DNA of 64,000 bases from Haliotis cracherodii (taxonomy: Eukaryota). Positions 14,101 through 27,739 of this stretch are shown here, piece after piece (positions within the stretch are counted from its first letter, which is position 1; each line of letters begins with the position of its first letter). A program made the translations under genes and the position numbers. The stretch lies in contig NW_027266297.1 of NCBI RefSeq assembly GCF_022045235.1, forward strand, positions 67,146,001 to 67,210,000. The letters are read 5' to 3'. Below the pieces are notes generated by a model, which ran no database searches, had not been told where the DNA came from, and worked only from the letters and a program-made list of their open reading frames with translations.

Positions 14101-17100
14101 GAACAATATCTTCTTGAGAGACGTTTTACGTCACCTTGCGTCGTTACGTTCAGGTGTGCATTAATGCATATCAAGGTGGACATATTCTGTATGAAGTTGG
14201 TTTTGAATGTGCATTCAGAGATTTTAAAGCCATGTTCAACAAGTGTTGTGACAGTGATATTGTGAAATGTGTCGTTGTGTCTCAATCATAAAGATTTCTT
14301 TTTGATAAGATGAGCAGTTTCACACATTGTTTTACCACAACTCTAATTAAATATACACGTATTGACTTTCTACAAGCCTTTCATTTTCCTTCATAGTCTT
14401 TCAAAACTTTTAGTATACTTTTTTGGGATATTAGTGTAAAGATAATGTAGAGGTTGGCAGAATAGTTATTATCAAACAGATGTTACAACGTTCGCATATC
14501 TAATATCATACTTAATATGTCACATCATTATCTTTACTTCCCTTCTAAATTGGGTTATATTTATGGAAATGGTTTTGTCGCTTTTTTTACTGCATTTAAA
14601 TTGAACAACTGCTCACACAAATAAGCCTGAGCCTATTTCAAAGAAGCTACCTGTCGTCTTTGCAACAATGACACCTTTGTTCTCTGACGTGTTCGGCCTC
14701 CACGGTTTGACAAGATCATACCAAATAATACTGGCCACGGCTGAGAGACAAGAGGAGATGGTGCTGGAACACAAGGCGCATGTAACAATAGTACATTGAC
14801 AACATTGCATAGTCTTACTTTACCTGTACCTGTCTAAAGAAACATCTCCGGATCCATACCTTTATCTTGGCTTGTGTACTAAAACTGAGAAGAGAATTAC
14901 AACAAATGTTAACATGAAGATGGTACTTTGATGGTTAATGATTTAGAATCACTACATTAAGTGATTATCAATGTCCTACCTGAGTGATGCACTGGCCAGG
15001 GCAGCCAAAAACAGCCCTGGCAAACCAGGCTGATTCCGGAACAGTTCCATGATCAGAAAGGGGATAATCTGTGAAATAATTAATGTGGACATATTTCTTT
15101 TTTTATCATAAAAAACGTTGGTACAACCTTTACAGATTGACCAGCTTAACAATTATGTCCCTCGTATTCTCCTATGTACCTGATTTGGAGTTTCAACTTG
15201 TTTGGACGCCACAGGATCGCATCGTTTGTGGTAGAAGTAGCCATATGCCACTATTCCTTCAGCTAAGGCAATGCCAATCAAGGTCGTAAATCCAGGAATC
15301 GTAAGCAGGAGTGCTCTGCGATGGAAAACGAATTGTGTGCTTATGCAAGAGAAGATAGAAAAACATGATCTAACATCTACTGTTGCATCCTAATTGAATG
15401 GACATTTGATATGTTGGGTGGTGGGGGTTGGGGGTTTGGGGTTTGGGGATGTATGCTGAAGATACTTCTTCTCTGAAAGGGGAAAACACTTTAAGGGTAT
15501 ATTCTTATATAAATAAAGGTAACAATTCAGCATTTGTCTGCTGTTGGTAGTAGGTGTCGGGTAAATATAAGCAAGTACTACCGTCACAAAATGGAATATG
15601 ACGGACGGACAGAGCCCGTTTCTTCGTTGAGGGGGAGGGGGGGATATACAATGTCCCTTTTGACATATGTTTATGCTCTGTTAACTTACCTCCTGCATTC
15701 TTTGACAGATTTTGTCGCGGAAATTCTTTGCAATACAGCAGGACTAAACAAAAACCCAAAGCCTGTGAGGATTCGACCAAAGTACAGGTTCCATACTGTG
15801 TGTCGCACTGTTGGGTCAGGATCCAGGCTGAAGGAAATAATTAACTAAATCTCTTGAACTATAATAACGTCTGCATCTGTACCCAAAGTGAGGGTTCTGG
15901 GTCAGAAGAGTAAATAGGTGCCACAGGCTTGTCATAAAAGCTGTCTTGGATGGTTACGGTAGGTGCAATGGGTGGCCCAGAAAAGGTGTGTCATCGTACA
16001 GTGATGGCGTAGTTCATGCGATCAAACACAATAGTGCCTGGCTCTAACTCAATGATTTACAGGCCACCGTGGAAGGTTGCAGACTGACATCAACGTAATT
16101 GATCCCCTTGACAACCGAGGGGGCATCAGCAATGTGTTTGATATCCAGCAAACCAGTACTATGGTCTCAATGATATGGCTAAAATACTGCCGATGTGACT
16201 AAATATTAACTCACTCACTCAAACCAATGGCGAAAACCGATTCACTTCAAGGTCACGTACATCTTTTGTGATCATCCGTACCGGCCGCCTACATGTATGT
16301 ATGTAGCCATTCGTTCTACCCACCTGTCAGCCTTGGAACAAAGTCACTAATAGTTCATGTAGTTCACCTTGATGTCCTCACCTGAAGTCCAGCCTGCCTG
16401 ATTCCGCAGCTCGATTCCAGACCTTCAATACCCCTCCACCATCAATTGTTCCCTACACCCATAAGAAAACATATATACTAGTCATGCGCAATGATAAGTT
16501 TGCTGACTAGATTAAGTTAATTCTCAGAGGATGATGAATGGTTGTTTAAGGGAGGAAGGTCACATGTTTTACGTGTTACATTCTATGGGGGCTCGGCTTG
16601 GGTAGTATTTTATATTTTGTATCTTCAGTATGTGTGGAGAAACCAATGATGCCCATCACACCCCACCCAGCTGAAGAAGGCCACGCCTTTATTGCTGCCC
16701 TCAACAATCCAAAGATCATGATGATGAAAACTGATTATTTTTTAATATCACTTATGACGAGTGATTACATACGTTACTAGTGCATTTAACAATGTAGACC
16801 TCCACTGAGCTATCTGATTGGCAGTTGGCAGGCAGGTGTGGACGGGACACCATGACATCATTGTGTAAATGTGACATTCTTGCTTGTAAAATAACACTTG
16901 ATCCAAAATGTGAGTGCTTTAAGCAACACACTTTTATTGATACTGCAAGCAGTCCGATGTTCATGATGATGAGCTGTAACACATCCGTCCAGATAACAGC
17001 CTTTAAACCGCCCTGAAATGAAGAAGTTAGTGTCTGTTATCATAGGAAGTTAGGGATCGTGAATATGTTTTTGGGATATCATTCTTGTGAAAAAATCAGT

Positions 17101-20100
17101 ACTCAACTAACTTTTTTGTTTAGCATATACCACTTTTACCAAATCTTCATAAAATCCCCTAAAATGATAATCTATCATGAAAAATATACTTCCGACAAAA
17201 AGTAAGGGAACTTATGAAATGTGTGAAGATGACGACAAATGCTAATTTCGGGCTTGTAGATCAATATCTGGCGTGTCCATCACGTTGGGCAAGGCATTTC
17301 TTGATGGAATACTGTTAATTAACGTCCGTATGATTGCCCTTGGTATTGCCCGTCGTTCCGCCTGAAAAGCTAACCAAAGCTGGGCCATAATCGGTATAGA
17401 CAAGGGCACGATTTGTTGCTGAACAAAATTGCTGCTCATAATTCTAACAAACAGGACAACAACAGGACGCAAAATGTAGTCAACATATTTATGATGTCCA
17501 TTTAGATGTCCATTCACAATAACAAAATCAGTCCCCATTTCATGTGTGATGCCATCCCACAACACGACGCTGCCATCTACAGGTTGATTATGGTCAAGAA
17601 TAGTTGTTCTGGTATGCCCCTCGCCGGTACGTTGCCAACTTCATTTTCTGCCATCTGTGAATTAAAACCTTGATTCTTCTGTAAACATGGTTTAATGCCC
17701 TTAGCGCACAAACCAACCCCTGGTGTTGCCTAGCACATCTCAATCTTTGCAACCTATGGAAGGCTGTTAGGGTCACACCCTACTTTCAGGTGGGCTGCAT
17801 AGAGCCGGTTGCTTATCGTCTTCCTTTTATTGTACAGAATTCTATATTGATAACGGGACCATATTTGAATATATTGAGAAGTGGAATTAATGTAATGAGA
17901 TGATCCTGTCTTGGTGTCAGGTTTTTAAGCCAGACACGCCCAGGCCTCATTGCAACTTTGTTTGAAGGTCCCACATTCGTCGAGAAATTACACGTTTTGC
18001 TTTGCAAACATTTGGGCAGCTTGGGGTATTGGCGACCCCCCTGTTCTGTTCAATGAGATACTGTCTCGGAGGCATTTTTAAGCATGTACTCAGCTCAGTT
18101 GCATTAATGATTGTGAGTTCCCCAACATTTGGCTTCTGTGTGTACCTGCAAACGCGTTGTCCATGCATGATGTGAAATTTCATTGTGATTAGATGATGCA
18201 TTCAATTGCCACTTCACGGTATTATAAAAGTACACCTCAACGATAGCTACTTTCAAATCATTAGTTCCCTTTTTTGGCATTATTCACATATGTGTGTGTG
18301 TACATAAATATTGAACATATTTCGTTACAAATTTGATTTACAGTTGCTGACATAGCAAAATTATAAATAAGAACGACACATGCTTCTCATCTGACACGTT
18401 TATACTTACTATGGTTGTATAGATGACAGCCACTGTGGCTGTTGCCACAATAGATCCATACATTGAAAACCCAGTCACTGGTAATAAACAAACACTGATT
18501 AAGGAAACGCATCATTAAGAAATAATGATAATTAAATCTAATTTAATGCCAAAACGAAATATTTAAAACGTTTATGCAATAATACTTTATGGACAGTATT
18601 TATAGTAATACACAAAGCTCACATACTTGCTTGTAGGGCGATTGCCTGGCCATAAAGTACAATACTCATGTACTGCAGCTGAAACAAGTACCAAAACGTT
18701 GAACGTGTAATGATAGCAGTGACCAACCAAATACTTTGATTGTTATGGGTTATTTTACATTTTAGCTGCAGCACTGTCTCACAATGTTTGCCCTTGTTTG
18801 AAACTCTGGGTAAATGTGATCTCTTAAAAGGCGCTGAGTAATGATAGCATTGACCAAACAAAAACTTGGATTCTTAAGATGTTTTTTTCACATATTTTAT
18901 CTGTGTTCTTGACAACAAATATCTGTCGTCGGGCCATATGTCTCTGGCTATAATCACACGTACAGCTGTAGATAGCCTTTGTATGAAACTCAAAAGAGGC
19001 ACTGTGTATTGGTCTCAAGAACAAAACAACCCGATCCCTATTTAAAGTACTCTGGGTTTGAATCAGGGTTATTGTAATTTATTATTTGATTGATGGAGGC
19101 CTAAAATGATTACACTCTAATCATTAATATATACTCTTTCAAAATAAAGTAGGGGGTTGATGTGCCTTGCAAAAGGGACAACAAAGGGTGTCTGTATGTT
19201 GTCCTGATAGTAATGTACATTGACCCTTCCTTGCACAATATGGAGTGCGGTTCTGACAGTCATACTGATGCTACCCAACACCATCGGGTCCGTAGAGCCT
19301 GGTTTAGGATCAAGAGATCTTGTACTCTTTTCCCGCACCTGGGACGCCCTGAACGGGGTCAACATTTTTGGTTTTGTGCTACGTGTTTCATGGTTTGCTA
19401 AACATGAAACATTGAACGTGTGAGCAGTGCACGCTGACTTCTGCCATTTTCCAGCAGGCCAATAGCCCGTGGGCGCTCCATGCGTTGCAGACGCCGCATC
19501 GCTAGTTCATAAACAAGCAATGAAGGACATAAAGAAAATCACAACTGTATGATAAGCAGAATCCATTCGATTGACAGCCATAATGGTCCAAAGAGATTAA
19601 TCGACCTTCCTTGAAATTGTCCAAATCAGGACTGACACCTATGCACCTTTTTGGCGCCACTACGTGAGACATGTTCAAACTAAATTATGTTTACAGACAT
19701 CTTCCATGGGATCTTTGTCGTCAACACTGATGTCTGTTTGGTATTCTGTTGGTATTAACATTTATACTTCATGACCCCCTACCTTTTTTGTAGAGTATAT
19801 AATATGAAAGATATGCAGCTTCAATCTTCCTCCTTCCTTTAACCCTTTTATTAGCCCGTTTCACATAACACTGCCTCGTTATATTTGTTTTTTTGCAGCA
19901 TTCTTAAAACTAAACAAGATTGATTGAAAAGGAAATCAATAACTATTCAACGTCAGTTTTATCATCACTAGTAATGAATGGTACTTACAAAACTCAGACA
20001 GGAAATAAGATTGGCAAGAACTCTAAGCGGGCGGGACTTGAAGCGCCTTTCAAAATACTGAAATGGGAACAACCAGCTCATGCAAACATGTCAGTTGTCG

Positions 20101-20501
20101 GTATATGCAAAATACATAAAACGTGTACGTGAAAATTATTGATAGATTGTAAGATGTTTTACCTCAAAGGGCGTCGACAAATTCAGTCTCTTTAAAAAAA
20201 CTAAAATTAAGAAAATGTTGATCAACATCCCGGTTTCGTTTCCTAATTCACTGAGTATCCACTGAATGCCATGGGAATAGGACTCTGCTGGTGTCCCCAA
20301 CATCATCACCGACGATTCATATGTCGCCAGCAGAGACAAAGCCACAGGAAGAAACGACATGGACTGACCAGCGATGAAATATTCAGATGTACTACGTCGC
20401 TTACTGGCCATAATGGCGTAATATATCCCGATACTGACAGAAGCAGCCAGCATCAACCCGAAAACAAAGTAATCCCATGTTCCAAATGTTGCTGTTGACA
20501 T
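8111..20501 (-). CDS. SLC5A8/SLC5A12-like sodium:solute symporter, paralog B (15 coding exons, 585 codons plus unresolved C-terminus)
   Basis: Minus-strand exons: 20501-20163, 20057-19989, 18678-18627, 18477-18410, 17012-16932, 16452-16382, 15827-15690, 15315-15180, 15068-14980, 14763-14651, 12723-12650, 12319-12233, 11170-10956, 8946-8846, 8232-8111. Frame stays open. SSS-family motifs: WDYFVF, PVALSLLA, YFERRF, GGLKAVIWTD, DPDPTVRHTVW, CDP, PGLPGLFLAAL-SLSTISS. Exon 15 either splices at 8110 (GTGGGT) or reads on to TAA at 8096. Confidence 0.93.
8398..8655. repeat. Compound (CA)n/(CACG)n and (CACAC)n microsatellites
   Basis: Seen directly at 8398-8458 and about 8557-8655. Confidence 0.9.
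13388..14310 (+). mobile_element. Decayed Tc1/mariner transposon
   Basis: Frameshifted transposase motifs FSDE-RYCLYRNDGR, QPFGGG and LRPVVQPFIQQQPHGIVFQQDN; ends approximate. Confidence 0.75.
16135..16220 (+). mobile_element. Retroposon 3' tail, family E, with (ACTC)n
   Basis: GATATGGCTAAAATACTGCCGATGTGACTAAATATTAACTCACTCACTC; reverse copies near 6568 and 43712. Confidence 0.55.
17187..18283 (-). mobile_element. Decayed Tc1/mariner transposon
   Basis: Relics WDGITHEMGTDFVIVNGHLN..YVDYILRPVVV and LTPRQDHLI; degenerate TIRs (AAAAAGTAAGGGAACT / AGTTCCCTTTTTTGG). Confidence 0.75.
19131..19799 (-). mobile_element. Internally deleted Tc1/mariner element
   Basis: TIRs TACTCTTTCAAAATAAAGTAGGGG / CCCCTACCTTTTTTGTAGAGTA; relic MVLGSISMTVRTALHIVQGRVNVHYYQDNI..PFVVPF. 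Confidence 0.75.
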
Positions 20502-20656
20502 TCTTCCTGTTTAGAACAGTATTGGAAATAATCATTGTGGCAGACGATGTCCTACTGATAAACGACAGAGCTTGTTTCACTGTGCCAGAGAAGTGAATGT
20601 AACCCTCCGTCAGTTTGACCATTCTTCACCACATTAGACTGATAGGTCGTGTTATA

Positions 20657-21905
20657 CTACTCGAACTTTGCTAAGGATATTTTTTTATGATATCCAAAAA
20701 TAATCCAACTAATACAGATTATAATATCCCGGTACTCAATTCCGGGGTAGGCCCTGTAGAACCTCAGTCTCATGATGAAGGGACAGAGGCATGCAGTGGT
20801 GCTTGAAAACCAGTGTTTGAGTGCATCGCGACAGAATCGTTGAACATCATTATCAGAGAGCACAACAACATTTCAAAACTTGAGGATTGCAACAACTGAA
20901 TGCGCTTGTGAGCCCTCAACCTCAACGTCAAACAACGTCGTATGACGACCGAAGAATTAGGCAGCTGCATGGGCATGCTTGAAACTGGAACATCGCAACG
21001 TCACGTTGTTAACGTCTTTGAAGTCAGCCAAAGTGTGATCAGCAGGGCATGGGATGGATACCAAAAGTTTGGATCAGCTACCCAGCGACATGCAGGTGGT
21101 CGACGGCGTTCCACCACACAGCTGTTTGATTGCAGCAAGACGTCATCACTTCGTGACTGCCACCACATTCTAAAAGGACCTGCGGAACTTGTGGCGTTAA
21201 CGTTTCTACTTGGTCCGTGCGTAATCGTCTTCGTCATAGTGGACTCCAGTGACGGAGTGAATCCATTGGCATACCACTTATCCTGTATCACAGGCAGGCA
21301 CGTTTGGATAGGACCAAAACGTCAGTTGTACAGACCAGGGCTGGGCCCCAGATGAACTGAGATGGAAGAACCGATCTCCATGTCCTACAGCGATGACAGG
21401 TGTGCGCTAGAGGGATGATGTTCTAGATGTGTACCTGCTGGTGCAATCGGAACAGACTTCATCCTCATGGACGATAACGCACGTCACCAGACTTCAACCC
21501 TGTCGAACACATGTGGAACGACCTGCAGACCGCCCTCTCACGACTCACTGTCTTTCCGGTAACTCAACGGGAACTCGGCAATGATCTTACTGAAGAGTTG
21601 AACAATCTTCCCTTGGCAACTTTGCAGGCTATTATTGGGAGAATGGGACGCGGATCACTTACGCGCTACTGAGAATTCATTTTTGGACAATGAATTTGTG
21701 TCCGTTATTGTTTTGGTCAGATATTCTCCTTTTGACTAGTGATCTGACTGATTTGGTCTGTTTGTTGGCATTGTGTAGTACATGGTAGAGGACCTTTCTA
21801 CGTTTAACATGTCGTTACGCAATTTCGTCTTTGGCTGTTTCAACAAATGAACACAATTTGACGTATTACATTTAAAAGTGGTGATCCTTAGCAAACTTTG
21901 AGTGG
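20657..21905 (+). mobile_element. Tc1/mariner transposon relic with TIRs and TA target duplication
   Basis: TA|CTACTCGAACTTTGCTAAGGAT ... ATCCTTAGCAAACTTTGAGTGG|TA; HTH relic GMLETGTSQRHVVNVFEVSQSVISRAW; FILMDDNAR and DFNPVEHMW motifs. Confidence 0.88.
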
Positions 21906-22367
21906 TATATAACGTTGTTTTGAAAATGTAGGTAACTTTGTAACATAAGCAGTTATAACTTAGAAAGTAATGGTTTTGTATTAATATGTATGGGTCCAGT
22001 TCGCGTTTCTCATTAGCATAGTGTCAGCATGGATAGCTATTAAAAACGTGGCTGGTTATGTTGGGATCATCTTTTGTCTGTTAAATGACGGCTAAAGAAC
22101 CGTCGGAAATGTATGGAATACTCGAGATGTAATTTAGCCACAAATACATATTTACAGGTAAAACTGAGATAAACAGTGGTGTACCAGGGTGTATGAAAAT
22201 AGACTATAATTTCAGGGTGACAATAACACTGCAGGGTCGTGTCACCTGACAGGTGCACTGATGACCGAGATAGAACCACAACAGACTCTCAAAAACTCAA
22301 ATGCCAATATTTCATGCTGTGATGTAAATGAGAATGAAGATAGACAATATTAAGTTATCATTAGAAG

Positions 22368-22539
22368 GAGTGAGTGAGTGAGTGAGTGAGTACGGTTTTT
22401 TACGCTGCTTTTAGCAATATTCCAGCACGGCAGGGGACACCAGAAATGGGCTTCACACATTGTACCCATTGTGGGAATTGAACCCGAGTCTTCGGCGTGT
22501 AGAGCGAACGCTTAAACTACTAGGTTACCCGACAGCCCC
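22368..22539 (-). mobile_element. SINE family A
   Basis: Same head, body and tail as the 5177 copy. Confidence 0.8.
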
Positions 22540-22776
22540 TCATTAGAAAGAGTAGCCCTTGAAAACTGTTATCTTATCTTAATGATAGTATAACAGTATG
22601 TACTTGGAATGTTAAGTTACTGGTTCTGTCAGTAATATTGGATTTCATTTTGGAATACGCAATATTGTTTCAGTTTATTATTACGTAAATGCTCCAAGAT
22701 ATCGATAGATGATATCCACGTGTGATATGTAGAAAGCCAGTTAGCGTAAAATTAGCATAACACGTCTTGAAATATA

Positions 22777-22887
22777 GGGGCAGTTGGTTAGCAAAGTGGT
22801 TAAAGCACTCGCTGGTCATGCCGAAGGCCCCGGTTCGATTCTGGACATGGGTACAATGTGTGAAGCCTGTTTCTGCTGTCCCCCGCC
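22777..22887 (+). mobile_element. SINE family A, 3'-truncated
   Basis: AGTGGTTAAAGCACTCGCTGGTCATGCCGAAGGCCCCGGTTCGATT...GGGTACAATGTGTGAAGCC. Confidence 0.7.
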
Positions 22888-22899
22888 TTTTGCATCTGA

Positions 22900-23490
22900 A
22901 TTAGTCCCGATTCTCCCGTTCTCAATCCGAATCTGATCCAATTTACATCTTCCGCATGGTACAAAACGACCGAATCTGTCCCGACAGCGTCCCGATTATC
23001 CCGAATGCGATCCGACAGAGATCAGACAGTGACCGGACAGTGAACCGACAAAGACGGTTCGCATTCGGCAAGATCTGGACGCAATCTGGACTCAATCGAC
23101 AAGAAATGGCAATGAACAATTTATCCAAATCATGCCCGTTCGTAACGATAGCGTCCCGATCGACAGGACATCGGCCAGACAACACAGGACATTGTTACGA
23201 TTTTGATCCTACACAGCAGAATCTGTCACGACATAGTCACGATTGTGATCTGACTAGATTTTTCTGAATGTCACGGGACGCACCATATTGTATGGAGGGC
23301 TTGGCCGACCTCTCCGGAACTTTCCAGATCCGTAGGACTCTGTTACGAATGTATACATACGACTGCGTTCAGACAACGATAGGACATTCCAGGTCATTGA
23401 GGATAGTAATCAGACTTTTTCACTTTTCTTTTCGTAGCGCTGTCTCATCTAAAACGGGAGCCATAATCGACACTGTGCGAACGCAGCCAG
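22900..23490. mobile_element. GC-rich fold-back MITE-like sequence (possibly PIF/Harbinger)
   Basis: Imperfect internal inverted repeats (CCGAATGCGATCCG / CGGTTCGCATTCGG); right end reads GGCTGCGTTCGCAC on minus strand; left TIR not found. Confidence 0.35.
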
Positions 23491-24579
23491 GTTTTTCACC
23501 TGGTATCATCACTATTTCATAGTGATTCATAAACACATGTAATTGATATAGTCGGAAAGTACAATGGCCAGCTTATGATTACGGTCAGGTTTTTCGCGTT
23601 TTTGAAATATGGGTAGTGATATCATGCTAGAATGTATAATTAGAACCTGGATAATTTGAATCTTTATTCATAGCTCTAAATATCAACCAAATTGAGGCGG
23701 TTTTACTGGTCGCTTTTATTTCTAGACCAGGTGGTGCTTGTAATCGAGATAACAGTACTTCACGAGAAGTAGAAGATATTGGCGATGGACATGTGAAACC
23801 TCGACTGTAGCTCTCATTTTACAGATTTTCTACGACTACTTACCAGAGACCAGACCTATTGAAATCGACAATACTCGTGACTAGAATTAACACGAATGAT
23901 TCAGAAGCACCAGTTACCGTAATGGAAGTGGTATGGGCTGTTGCACTTGCTACACGATGAAAAACAGTCTGTCGTTATTTAATATCCGCTGAAGCTTTGA
24001 ATAACAACACATGTATTGAACATTCAGACAGACTGTTAACGGTTGGCTTCGATAATAATACATGTCCTGTTCCTTAATGCAAATCGCGACAGATCCCACG
24101 CGTGACCCAATACTATTTCCGTTGGAAGCGTAACACTCAAGTGTATGTGTGTCGTTTGTTATGATAGAAAGGTATCTCGGCAATCTCCATACCTGTCCAT
24201 TAGCGATTCGATGAAAGCTGTGATCACTTCAACCGGCACTGTTTATGGTATAACTTAATTCCACTTGGAATAAATGGTCCACACAACTCATTCTATACAG
24301 CCGGACACCTGTGTCCGTGTTCACATTAACAATGGTTGTTTTGTGTAACCTCTGGTGTCAGACAGGGGTGTTTTTTGTCAACAATATTATTTTCAATTAA
24401 CGTCAATGTTTTGACAAGTGAATTCAACAATGTGACAGTTCCACGTTATAGGTACGTATACTACTTTATTGTTGACGGTATTGCATTGATCGCTCCGGAT
24501 GTATTATCATTGTAGCGACTGTGTAGCTAATTGGTTTGCACAGTGGCGCTGAAAACTAAATCTGAACATTAACTGAGTG

Positions 24580-24714
24580 AGGAAGAGAATATATGGATGT
24601 CAACTTCTTAATATTGAGGAACACAACGTTTCGGAGTGTATGCTTACTCCTTCATCGGGTGAATGAATGCCATGGGGCAGAGGGCATATATATGTACCCG
24701 TAAGGACAACAAAA

Positions 24715-24755
<41 letters not shown>

Positions 24756-24830
24756 GAAGTTGACATCCATATTTTCTCTTCCTTACGTTAATCACTTCTA
24801 AATGCCTTTCAAAGACCTATAAAAAGATCG
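24580..24830. mobile_element. Penelope-like pseudo-LTR relic: inverted repeat plus minimal hammerhead-like motif
   Basis: 24580-24609 and 24754-24783 are inverted (29/30 match) and flank (AAT)n plus a minus-strand hammerhead-like core at 24622-24661. Confidence 0.65.
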
Positions 24831-25379
24831 GATTTTGCATTTATCATTGTTAATGATCTTATAGACTGCAGTAATACTTATAGATATGCTGGAGTTTGGC
24901 TACAGGAAAACCTTCACGTGAATTGTATTTTGTGAATTATAGTTATTTTGTACACAATTTCAAATACACAAATTGATTCAGTCAGTGGTGTGTTTATACT
25001 GTTAACTGTTTACTGATTTCTCAATGTTTACACAACTGTCTTGTTCAGCTCATGTTGTGCTGTGGGTCAGCAATTTGGTGTACGAAACAATTTAAATAAA
25101 ATGTTATTACATACTGTACCATTCAGACTAGTTCAGAAGCATGTGTTTACGGTGAACTATTAAACAGTGATGATGGCAGGGCAAGGTGAGCGTATCCTGC
25201 GCCACTGGTGGCACCTATCACAAACACATGCAGTTGGTCACCAGACAAAGAACACGGGAACATATGCTACAAGTCAAAATAGTGAATTGATTGTGAAATG
25301 AAGACACCGAAGGCTGGAGCTGCTGGAATAATACCCGAATGTTGACTATCGGATATAGATAGATAGCTAGATAGATGCA

Positions 25380-26292
25380 CTCAAGATCTTTCGGCACTGA
25401 ACGGCTCTTCAGGTGTTATGAAAACTTTAACGCAGTCGTAGATGACGCACAACATAATGCCTTTGACGTAACACTTAGTGGCACTTGAGGGAGATTTAAA
25501 ACGATGTTTTTGAAGTCATAATTCCTATGACGTCATAGTTAGTGAGTTGTAGATACCTTATGGTGTGAGTGCACACATTTGTAGGAATACATAGGAAAGT
25601 TTTGAAAATTATACTTTTGAATTAAGTTTAGGTTTCAAAAGCCTAAAATACATCTGTTTTTTCATTCGTAAATGTTTGTCATTGTTAAACAACAGAAACA
25701 GATACAGACACAGACATTCTTCCATTTACCTACAATCCTAATAACTGTAAAATGATGCCCCTTATAAAAGCCAATCTCCCAATTTTACAGCAAAGTAACA
25801 CTATGAAAATGTTTATATAAGCCTTAACTTACACTCAGCACCAGACAGCCTAAAAATCTCAAACAATTTCTATGTCCATCTATTACTCACAAAATACAAA
25901 TACCGTCTGTGTAACAAAATGTCACACACCTCGATCTGAACTTGCCCGATAATAATTGAGAGATTGCAAATTTCAATTTGGGGTAGATGACCTTTTTACT
26001 GTCAAACACATCATGAACTGCCGCAGTAAAGATGTTATATATGCTTTTAACGCGTGAGGGATGTGGTGAGCGTTAAATTGGAGAAACTGGTATGCAGCTG
26101 AAAGACCGAATCCCTGTACACAGACAGCAAAGTCGAGATACCCGTGTACGTTGTGTACATGTCAACAAACATATTGATGAATCCGGGAGTGACCACTTTA
26201 CTTACTTTTTATTTTATAACTTGTTTAACAATGACACACACTTACGAATGGAAAAAGAACACTTGTTCAGTAGGCTTTTGAAACCTAAACTT
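25380..26292 (+). mobile_element. Penelope-like element 3' end (GIY-YIG endonuclease relic) preceded by an inverted partial copy
   Basis: Relic MNCRSKDVIYA...GCGER*IGETGMQLKDRIPVHRQQ...LRMEKEHLFSRLLKPKL at about 26010-26292; about 25622-25690 is an imperfect reverse complement of 26222-26292; hammerhead-like motif at 25381-25417 (-). Confidence 0.8.
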
Positions 26293-27739
26293 ATTGTTTG
26301 TTGTTCACATCCAGCAAGCATGTGTCTGCACCAAAGGATCGCCACCGAGTAAACGTTTCACGTCAAGGTCAAAGACATTCAAAGCAGGGCAGATCATTGA
26401 ACCTTAACATAACAACTTTACAATCATCTTAAATACTCCCAACGTTGTAATGGTTCACGTATAACTTGAAATTCAGATGGATTTACAATAAATCCTATAC
26501 AATAGTGTCATCCATTTCTAAAATTGTTTATAGGCAATGCGTATGTATATAATTCATCCTATGAAAAGACAATATTCAATGCATCAAATAGATATGTGAA
26601 CTAGTCTCAGCTGGGTTATCTTTTGGACCGATTAGGCCCATCTGGTGTCATCTTGATTAATGATAGGCGTCAACATTGATTTGTTTGAAAAAGGTCATAA
26701 ACATTTGATTTAGTAAAGCTACCTAATACATATCACTTTTAATTTGATTCAGTTTGCTGATGCAGCGATCCATCTGAACAAAAATCATCTTTTCTTTCTT
26801 ATCTTGTTCTTTTTTTTCTTCTTTTTTTTGGAGTGTGGGGGTGGGGGGGGTGGGGTGGGGTGGGGCTGCGTGTGGATTCTGTGTAACTTCATGATACCAG
26901 TCGTGTTTTCGCATCCCCTCGCTCATCTCCCCGAGGCAAGAGAGTTAACTGACTATGACAGACCAGTTTCCACCCTTCCCTAAATAGGCTGGTATTATGG
27001 AGTTACATTTTGGCTGGACTAACGAGTCTAAGCAACGAAATCGAAATCCGGTTCGTAAACTGTATTGCAGATTTCAGTCGATTGCAGGATTTGCAAAGTA
27101 TGTACACCGCCAACTCGTTGTAAACAGATATTTTCCGTTTTTTTATGTTTTTAATCAAGACAAGAGTTGTATGCACGAATGCAAAGCTGATGGTTCATGG
27201 CAGTAATCGCTAGTGATCGCTATTGATGTATGTCTGCAACAGGTGCTTGTGTCACCTGTATTCGAGGTGTATTTATCAATGCGAAAAGCCGTCTTTTGAC
27301 CAGCTGAATATATTTCAAAAGGATCTATTTTTACATTTCGTTATTGTTTTCAGTTGGCACTCTTCTGTTTACAAGTAAGTCAGGCGAAAATTGGGATGTG
27401 AATGCGTGTCGGATTTTAATAAAGCGACAGCGTTACCGATTTCAATTATGAAGGTGCATGGTATGAACTACATTATTACTCACTACCTGAACGCGCAGCT
27501 CCTCGGCAACGTGTAAGTATTGTGGGGAGTGGTTTTCCATGTGCATTTAGAGTTGTATGTAGATAAGTATCAGTTCATGTTTGAAACCCGTGACCAACGA
27601 TGTTCACATTTATTATGACGCTGAGTCAAAGGGACATTCGAAGTTTCCCAGCCTTGTTTGATAACAAAATGGGATCTGGGTACGTCTTTAGCTATTCGGT
27701 AGATTACATTGCTATTCCCTATTTTCTCTTCTTAAACCA

